Part shown: positions 58,701 to 64,000 of the stretch, piece by piece | Layout of the letters: the number at the start of each line of letters is the position of its first letter | How positions within the stretch are numbered: position 1 is the first letter of the stretch | Source of the DNA: the human T2T-CHM13v2.0 reference genome, Homo sapiens | Assembly (NCBI RefSeq): GCF_009914755.1 | Contig: NC_060940.1 | Length of the DNA: 64,000 bases | Reading direction: 5' to 3' (one strand) | Notes under the pieces: generated by a model | Told to the model about the DNA's origin: nothing | Databases searched by the model: none | Seen by the model: only the letters and a program-made list of their open reading frames with translations | Translations under genes and position numbers: made by a program

Positions 58701-61505
58701 AGTCCATACGATGATTCCACTCAATTCCATATGATGATGATTCCATTTGATTCCATTCGGTGATTCCGTTCTATTCTATTCAATGGTGATTCCATTCGAG
58801 TACATTAGATGATTCCATTCGATTCCATTCATTGATGATTCTATTTGTGTCCCTTAGATGATTCCACATGATTCCATTAGATGATGATACTATTTGAGCC
58901 CATCCAATGATTCCCTTCGATTCCATTCGATGAGGATTCCATTCGATTCAATTCATTGGTGATTCTATTCAATTCAATTCTTTGATTCCATTCCATTCCA
59001 TTCGACAATGATTCCATTCGATTTCTTTCGATGATTCCACTCGATTCCACTTGACATTGATTCCATTCGATTCCATTCAATGATTCCATTTGATTCCAGT
59101 GGATGATGATTGCCATCGATTCCATTCGATCACTCCATTCTATTCCATTTGATGATGATTACATTCGATTCCATTTGATGATTCCATCTGATTCTATTCG
59201 AGGATTCCATTTGATTCCATTCGATGATGATTCCATTCGAGTCCATTCGATGATTTCATTCGAGTACCGCCAATGATTCCATTCGAGTCCATTAGATGAT
59301 TCCATTTGATTCCATTTGAAAATGATTCTACTAGAGTCCATTCAATGACTCCATTCGAGTCCATTCAACAATTCCATTCGACTCCATTCGATGATTCCAT
59401 TCGATTCCATTTGATGGTTCCATTCGAGTCCATTTAATCATTACAGTCGAGTCCATTTGGTGATTCCACTGGATTTCTTTTGATAATGATACCATTCAAT
59501 TACATTTGATGATGATCCCATTCAATTTCATTTGATGATGATTCCATTAGAGTCCATTCGATGATTTCATTCGAGTCCCTTCATTGATTCCATCCGATTT
59601 CATTGGATGATGACTCCATTCGAGTCCATTCGATGATTCCACTCGATTCCATTAGATGACTCCATTGGAGTCCATTTGATTGTTCCATTCGATTCCATTT
59701 GATTCCTTTCGAAGATTATTCCATTTGAGTCCATTCGATGATGATTCCATTCCATTCCATTCCATGATTCCGTTTGATTCCATTCGATGATTCCCTTCGA
59801 TTCCTTTCTTTGATGATTCCATTCCATTCCATTCAATGATTCCATTCGAATCTATTCCATGATGATTCCTTTCGATTCCATTCGCTGATGTTTCCGTTCA
59901 ATTCCATTCGATGATGATTCCATTCGATTCCATTCATTGAGGATTCCATTTGATTCCATTCAATGATGATTCCATTCTATTCCATTCAATGATTGCATTC
60001 AATTCCATTCAATGATTATCCCATTAGAGTAAACTCAACGATTCCATTCAATATCATTCGATGATGATTCCTTTTGAGTCCATTCAATGATTTCATTCAA
60101 GTCCATTTGATGATTCCTTTCAATTCCATTCTATGATGATTCCATTCGAGTCCATTCGATGATTCCATTCGATTGCATTCGATGATTCCATTATATTCCA
60201 TTCAACGATGATTCCATTCGAGTCCATTCCATGATTCCATTAGAGTACATTTAATGATTGCTTTGTTTTCAATTCGAAGATGATTACATTGGATTCCATT
60301 CTATGATACCATTCGATTCCATTCAATGATGATTCCACTCAAATCCATTGGATGATTCCATTCGTGTCCATTCGGTGATTTCATTAGATTCCATTCGAGG
60401 ATGATTCCATTCGATTCCATTCGATGATTCCATTCAATTCCATTCGATGATGATTCCATTCCAGTCCATATGATCATTCCATTTGATTTCATTCGATGAT
60501 GATTCCATTCGATTCCATTCGACGATTCCATTCTATTCCATTCAATGATGATTCCATTCGAGTCCATTCGATGATTCCATTCGAGTCCATTTAATGATTC
60601 CATTGGGTTCAATTCAATGATGATTACATTGGATTCCGTTCTATGATTCCATTCAATTCCGTTCATTGACAATTTGATTCCATTCGATGATGATTCCATT
60701 TGAGTTCATTCGATGATTCTATTCGATTCTCTTCGATGGTGATTCAATTCTATTATATTGGATGATTCCATTCGATTCCATTTGATGTTGATTCAATTCG
60801 ATTCTATTCGATGATGATTCCATTGGATTTCACTTGATGATTCTATTCGATTCCATTCAATGATGATTCACTTCTCGTCCATTGGATGATTCCATTTCAT
60901 TCCATTCGATGATGATTCCATTCGATTCCATTCGATGATTCCATTTGATTCCATGCGACGGTGAGCAATTCGATTCAATTCCATGATGATTCTATTTGAT
61001 TCAATTAGATGATGTTTCCATTCGAATCCATTCCATGATTATTCCATTGGAATCCATTCGGCGATGATTCCATATGAGTCAATTCAATGATGATTCCATA
61101 TGGGTCCGTTCGATGATAATTCCATTTGATTTCATTCGATGCTTCTATTCTATTCCAGTCGATGATGATTCCGTTGGAGTCCATACGATGATTCCATTTG
61201 ATTTCATTTGATGATGATTCCATTCGATGATGATTACATTGGATTCCATTCTATGATTCCATTCAATTCCATTCGTTGATGATTCGATTCCATTCAATGA
61301 TGATTCCATTTGAGTTCATTCGATGATTCTATTCGATTCCGTTCGATGGTGATTCAATTCTATTATATTGGATGATTCCACTCGATTCCATTTGATGATT
61401 ATTCCATTGGAGTCCACTTAGTGAATCCTTTAGATTCTACTCGACGATGATTCCATTCGAGTCCATTCGATGATACCATTCAATTCCATTCGTTGATGCT
61501 TCCAT
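55769..61505 (+). repeat. HOR unit 11, 5737 bp (374-bp and 1-bp deletions)
   Basis: Spacing 5737 = 6112-374-1; deletions near 58410 and 57250. Confidence 0.92.
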
Positions 61506-64000
61506 TCAAGTGCATTCGATGATATCATTCGATTCCATTTGATGATAATTCCATTTGATTCCATGCGATGATTCTATTCGATTCCCTTCAATGATAATTC
61601 CATTCAATTCAGTGATTCCTCTGGACTCCATTTGATGATGATTCCATTCAATGATTCCATTCGATTCTATTCGAAAATGATTCCATTTGAATCCATTTGA
61701 TGATGATTCCATTAGATTCCATTTGATGATTCCATTCGATTCCATTCGACGATGATTCCATTCGATTCCGTTTGATGATTCCATTCTATTCTATTCGATG
61801 ATGATTCCATTCGATTCCATTCGATGATGATTGGATTCGATTCCATTGGATGATTTCATTTGATTCCATTCGTTAATGATTTCGATCAATTCCATTCGAT
61901 GATTCCATTCGATTCCATTCGATAATGATTACATCCGAGTCCATTCGATGATTCCCTTTGAGCCTGTTCGATAATTCCATTTGAGTCCAACCAATGATTC
62001 CATTCATTTCCATTCAATGATTCCATTCGAGTCCATTTGATCATTCCGGTAGGGTCCATTCGATGTTGATTCCATTGGAGTGCATTCGATGATTCCATTC
62101 GAGTCCATTTTAGGATTTGATTCGAGTCCTTTCGATGATTCCATTCGATTCCACTCGATGATGATTTCATTCGAGTCCATTCGACACGTCCAATCGATTC
62201 CATTTGATGATTCCATTCGAGTCCAATTGATGATTCCATTCAATTCCATTCGATGATGATTCCGTACGATTCCATTCTGTGATGATTCCATGTGATTGCA
62301 TTCAATGATGATTCCTTTCGATTGCATTCGATTATGATTCATTTCGTGTTCATTCTATGGTTCCACAGGTTTCCATTCGTGTCCATTCCATTATTCCATT
62401 CTATTCCATTTGATGATGATTCCATTCGATTCCATTCATTGGTGATTCCACTCAATTCCATTCAATGATTCCATTCCATTTCTTTCAACAATGATTCCAT
62501 TAGTTTCTAATCGATGATCCACTTGATTCCATTTGACGACGATTCCATTCTTGTCAATTCGATGATTCCATTTGATTCCATATGATGATGATTCCATTCG
62601 ATTCCATACCATAATGATTCCATTCGAGTCCATTCAATGGTGATTCCATTCAATTCCATTCGATGATTCCTTTCGATTCCATTCGATGATGATGGCATTC
62701 GATTCCTTTCAATCATTCCCTTTGATTCCATTCAAAGGTGATTTCATTCAAGTCCATTCGATAATTGCATTCGATTCCATTCTATGATGATTCCATTCGA
62801 GTCCATTTGATGATTCCATTCAATTCAAGTCAATGATGATTCCATTCGATTCCATTCGATGATTCCTTTGGATTCCATTCGATGATGATTCCATTCAAAT
62901 CCATTCGATAATTCAATTCAAGTCCATTCGATGATGATTCCAATCGAATCCATTCAAAGATTCCATTCAGTTCCATTCGATGATTCCCTTAGATTCCATT
63001 CGATGATTCCACTTGATTGCATTTACGATGATTCCATTCGATTCCATGTGATGATGCCATTCAATTCTATTCAATGATGTCTCCATTTGATTCCATTCGA
63101 CCATGATTGCCTTTGATTCCATTCAATGATTCCATTCGGTTCCGTTTGATGATGATTCCGTTCGATTCCATTTGATGATTCCATTTGATTCCATTGGATG
63201 AGTCCATTCGATTACATTCGATGATTATTCCATTCGAGTGCATTAGATGATTCCATTCGAGTCCATTCGATGATTCCATTCGATTCCATTCGATGTTGAT
63301 TCTGTTCAAATCCATTCGATGATTCCACTCGATTCCATTCGTTGACTCCATTTGATCCCATTCGATGATTTCCTTTGATTCCCTTTGATGATCATTCCAT
63401 TTGATTCAATTCGGTGATTTCATTTGATTCCATTCAGTGATGTTTCCATTCGACTCCATTCGATGATGATTCCATTCGACTCCATTCGATTATGATTTCA
63501 TTCAATTCCATTCGATAATGATTCCCTTCGAGTCCATTCGATGATTCCATTCGATTCCATTCAACGATGATTTGATTCGTGTCCATTCGATGATTCCATT
63601 TGATTCCACTTGATGATGATTCCATTCGAGTCCATTTGATGATTCCATTCAATTCCATACTCCGATGATTTCTTTTGAGCCCACTCAATGCTTCCACTCG
63701 ATTCCATATGATGATGACTCCATTCGATGAAATTCGATGATGATTCCATTCGCTTGCTTTCGATGATGATTCCACTTGAGTCCGTTAGAAGATTCTATTC
63801 AATTACATTCCATGACGATTCCGTTCGAGTCCATTTGATGATTCCATTAGACTCCATTCGACGATGATTCCATTCGATGTTATTCGATGATTCCATTCGA
63901 TCTCATTCGATGATGATTCCATTCAACTCCATTCGATGTTTCCATTCGAGTTCATTCTATTATTCCATTAGATTCCATTCGATGATGATTCCATTCGATT
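61506..64000 (+). repeat. HOR unit 12, partial (runs off the window)
   Basis: Colinear with unit 6 at offset 33932 without indels. Confidence 0.92.

Larger units (their letters stand above)
1..64000 (+). repeat. Human satellite 2 (HSat2/HSATII) tandem array, CATTC strand on +, probably HSat2B (chr16-type, ~6.1-kb higher-order period)
   Basis: Continuous CATTCGATTC/CATTCGATGATG/GAGTCCATTC motifs in 23- and 26-bp monomers throughout. Unique landmarks (ccggtagggtcc, ggttccacagg, gagtaaactc, cgacggtgagc) recur at 6112-bp spacing in intact units. The HSat2 call is firm; the subfamily and chromosome come from recalled periodicity. Confidence 0.97.

Noticed and set aside
703-63775. About 150 short minus-strand ORFs (MESSSNGIEWNHR-like, 60-132 aa)
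   Set aside because: These are translations of the GAATG satellite strand, which is ATG-rich and stop-poor. They overlap in several frames, recur with the HOR and are freely broken by SNPs and indels. Such peptides are well-known spurious proteins.
1-64000. CRISPR-like repeat-spacer array or microbial repeat-protein locus
   Set aside because: There are no unique spacers and no cas or other genes; the 23/26-bp monomers are directly adjacent degenerate satellite.
1-64000. Alpha satellite / CENP-B boxes
   Set aside because: No 171-bp monomer, and I saw no TTCGNNNNANNCGGG motif.
1-64000. Inversion or transposon (Alu/L1) insertion
   Set aside because: No GAATG-oriented tract on +, and no poly(A) tail, target-site duplication or non-satellite sequence noticed; the foreign blocks are themselves HSat2.

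Overview
The whole 64 kb is one uninterrupted, single-orientation array of classical human satellite 2 (HSat2/HSATII). It is built from diverged 23/26-bp CATTC-derived monomers (e.g. ATTCCATTCGATTCCATTCGATG(ATG)) nested in a 6,112-bp higher-order unit. That period best fits the HSat2B family of human chromosome 16 pericentromeric heterochromatin; this assignment is from recall, not a search. A unique landmark recurs at 703, 6245, 12357, 18377, 24348, 27574, 33686, 39798, 45838, 49929, 55769 and 61506, giving unit lengths of 5542, 6112, 6020, 5971, 3226, 6112, 6112, 6040, 4091, 5840 and 5737 bp. All listed ORFs are translation artefacts of the satellite, and I see no gene, RNA gene, transposon, CRISPR array or inversion. 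I found no new coding system. The notable structure is internal to the array: a foreign HSat2 sub-sequence swapped into two units 33.5 kb apart, microhomology-flanked deletions, SNP haplotype blocks forming a ~33-37 kb super-repeat, a conversion-like mosaic patch, fossil sub-repeats in the 6.1-kb unit, and one invariant DUX4-consensus site per unit.
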